This document shows positions 61,900 through 64,000 of a stretch of 64,000 bases of DNA, one piece after another. The DNA is taken from NCBI RefSeq assembly GCF_009914755.1, contig NC_060927.1; one strand, written 5' to 3'. The stretch's first letter is position 1, and each line of letters begins with the position of its first letter. Origin of the DNA: the human T2T-CHM13v2.0 reference genome, Homo sapiens. The notes below the pieces were generated by a model. It was not told the DNA's origin. It saw only the letters and a list, made by a program, of their open reading frames with translations, and made no database searches. A program made the position numbers and the translations under genes.

Positions 61900-62640
61900 T
61901 CTGTCATACATTTCTTTCACATATTAATATGTGAAATATTAGAAGGCATAATTATAATATAATTGGAAGATGTAATTATTATAATTTTAAGATATAATTA
62001 GTATACAATGTAATATTATTGTATACTATAATTTAACAATTTATTGCTTGAATTTTTTTTTGCTTTCATTTCTTTTTTCTGTTAACTATGAACTGCATAT
62101 TTCAATGCACAGTTTGATTATTTTCTTAGGATAAATTATTGATCATGAATTCTTGGGTTTAAAGATATGCACACTTTAAATTATTTCAATGTATATTCCT
62201 AAGGTGCCTTCCATAAAGGTCATAGCCCAGTGAAATGTCTCAGGCAGAAGTTCGTTGTGCCCTGTGCAATACAGATATTACATTCTTTTTGATATTTTCC
62301 AATCCAATAGGTATGATCTTTCTTCTCATTGTATAAATTGGCAAGTCTTTGATAGCTAATGATATAAAACTATAAAAATATGTATTTGCCAAATGATTTT
62401 CATCTTTGAGATTTCATCTAATTTTTCTAATCTACTGTCCATTTATTCTGTTTATGTAAACACAGCTATAGATCTTTGTTACTGTTTCTTTCTTTAACAT
62501 CAAGCTTAGATTCTGAGAAGCCAAATTATGTACATATTAACCCATATGTTCTTTAGATAGCTTTATGTCTTGAGTTTTTACAATTACATGTTTTTCATCC
62601 AAAATGTGTTTTGTTATTAAGTATGATATAAGGATCTAAA
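61900..62640 (-). mobile_element. Ancient L1ME-like 3' fragment
   Basis: ATTATTTTCTTAGGATAAATT...GAATT.TTGGGTT.AAAGATATGCAC reverse L1M motifs. Confidence 0.55.
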
Positions 62641-62641
62641 C

Positions 62642-62786
62642 CAAACTTGTCCAACTCACAGGCCCTGGGCCACATGGGGTCCAGGATGGCTTTGAATGTG
62701 GCCCATCACAAATTTGTAAACTTCCTTAAAATATGATGATTTTTTTTTTTTGCAGTTTCCTTTCTGTTCTTTAGCTTTCTTCTTCT

Positions 62787-62824
<38 letters not shown>

Positions 62825-62850
62825 CATCAGCCATCATTAGTGTTAGTATA
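62642..62850 (-). mobile_element. MER30 (hAT-Charlie), interrupted, with expanded internal T tract
   Basis: CTTGTCCAAC...CCAGGATGGCTTTGAATGTGGCCCA.CACAAATT.GTAAACTT...GCTCATCAGC.ATC.TTAGTGTTAGT; the other terminus is absent from the window. Confidence 0.85.
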
Positions 62851-62896
62851 TGTCTATATCTATCTATCTATCTATATATATCGATTTTTTTTTTTT

Positions 62897-63353
62897 GGCA
62901 GTTAAAGACAGGTTTACTTTCGATAAAACCTGAGAAGGGCTTCTGGCTGATTTCAATCAGGAGCGCTTTCTCTTACAGACAAAGTACATGAGTATACATT
63001 GGTTTTAGGGTGAGGGGGCTTATCACAAGCTTGGAATGTGTATGTGTAGGGGAGAAGTTTATGGTGAGGTTGGAATGTCTCTGGGTGAAGGGGGGATTAT
63101 CTTGGGGCTGACATCTTTCCAGCAGGAAGGGGGTTATCTCGGGGCTGGCATCTTCCCAGCTGGAGGGGGGCAGCTAGCATGTCTCTGGTTGCAGAGGAAT
63201 TTGGAATGTTTCTGGTCGGAGATTTTTTTTTGTTTATGATCATGCTGATCTTAGCCATTTAGGCTGATGCCCTTTGGATTTAGGCAGTTTTTGATTAATG
63301 TGAATTGGAAAATAACAGTGCTTGTGCAAGATGGTGATACTCCTGCTCTGTCA
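62897..63353 (-). mobile_element. ERV1 LTR (LTR19-like), U3-R only, followed by poly(A)
   Basis: Minus strand starts TGACAGAGCAGGAGTATCACCATCTTG and ends AGTAAACCTGTCTTTAACTGCC followed by A12. Confidence 0.75.
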
Positions 63354-63355
63354 TA

Positions 63356-63405
63356 TTTCAGCCTCTCAAAGCTCAGGGATTATAGGCATGAGCCACTGTG
63401 CCTGG
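63356..63405 (-). mobile_element. Alu left-arm 5' fragment
   Basis: CAGCCTCTCAAAG...GGGATTATAGGCATGAGCCACTGTGCCTGGC. Confidence 0.8.
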
Positions 63406-63455
63406 CTCTGTTGTCTGATTCAAAGTCTGTTTTATCTGATATAATAGTGACCCCT

Positions 63456-63777
<322 letters not shown>

Positions 63778-63825
63778 ATAATAGTGACCCCTGACCTTTT
63801 TTGTTTTCCATTTGCTTGATAGATC

Positions 63826-64000
63826 TTTTTTCTTTTTTTTTTCATTATTATTATTATTATACTTTAAGTTTTAGGGTACATGTGCACAACGTGCAGGTTT
63901 GTTACATATGTATACATGTGCCATGTTGGTGTGCTGCACCCATTAACTTGTCATTTAGCATTAAGTATATCTCCTAATGCTGTCCCTCCCCACTCCTCCC
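63826..64000 (-). mobile_element. L1PA4-like 3' UTR (continues beyond the window)
   Basis: ATACTTTAAGTTTTAGGGTACATGTGCACAACGTGCAGGTTTGTTACATATGTATACATGTGCCATGTTGG preceded by a T-rich tail. Confidence 0.9.

Overview
AT-rich primate (most likely human) genomic DNA with no intact protein-coding exon. The first ~39 kb is intergenic and packed with transposon fossils: MER2, MER58, MLT1/MLT2 and THE1 LTRs, L2, MIR, Alus, old L1 fragments, and a full-length but ORF-disrupted L1PA7 at ~25.6-32.1 kb. At ~39.2-42.4 kb there is a double CpG-island promoter with several candidate non-coding first exons facing +. This region contains a Z-DNA tract and a (GGC)7 repeat lying in the poly-Gly frame of a strong-Kozak uORF. 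From memory the layout resembles the 5' end of NLGN1; this is unverified. The remainder looks like a large first intron. I found no novel multi-gene system. The most notable structures are: a probable L1PA4 3' transduction polyadenylated in an LTR and inserted into a MER30; two ~55-bp locally templated copies next to Alu tails; a Tc2/pogo (Kanga-like) transposase fossil; and the polyG-uORF architecture. Repeat family names come from recalled consensus sequences, not a database run, and boundaries of old elements are approximate.
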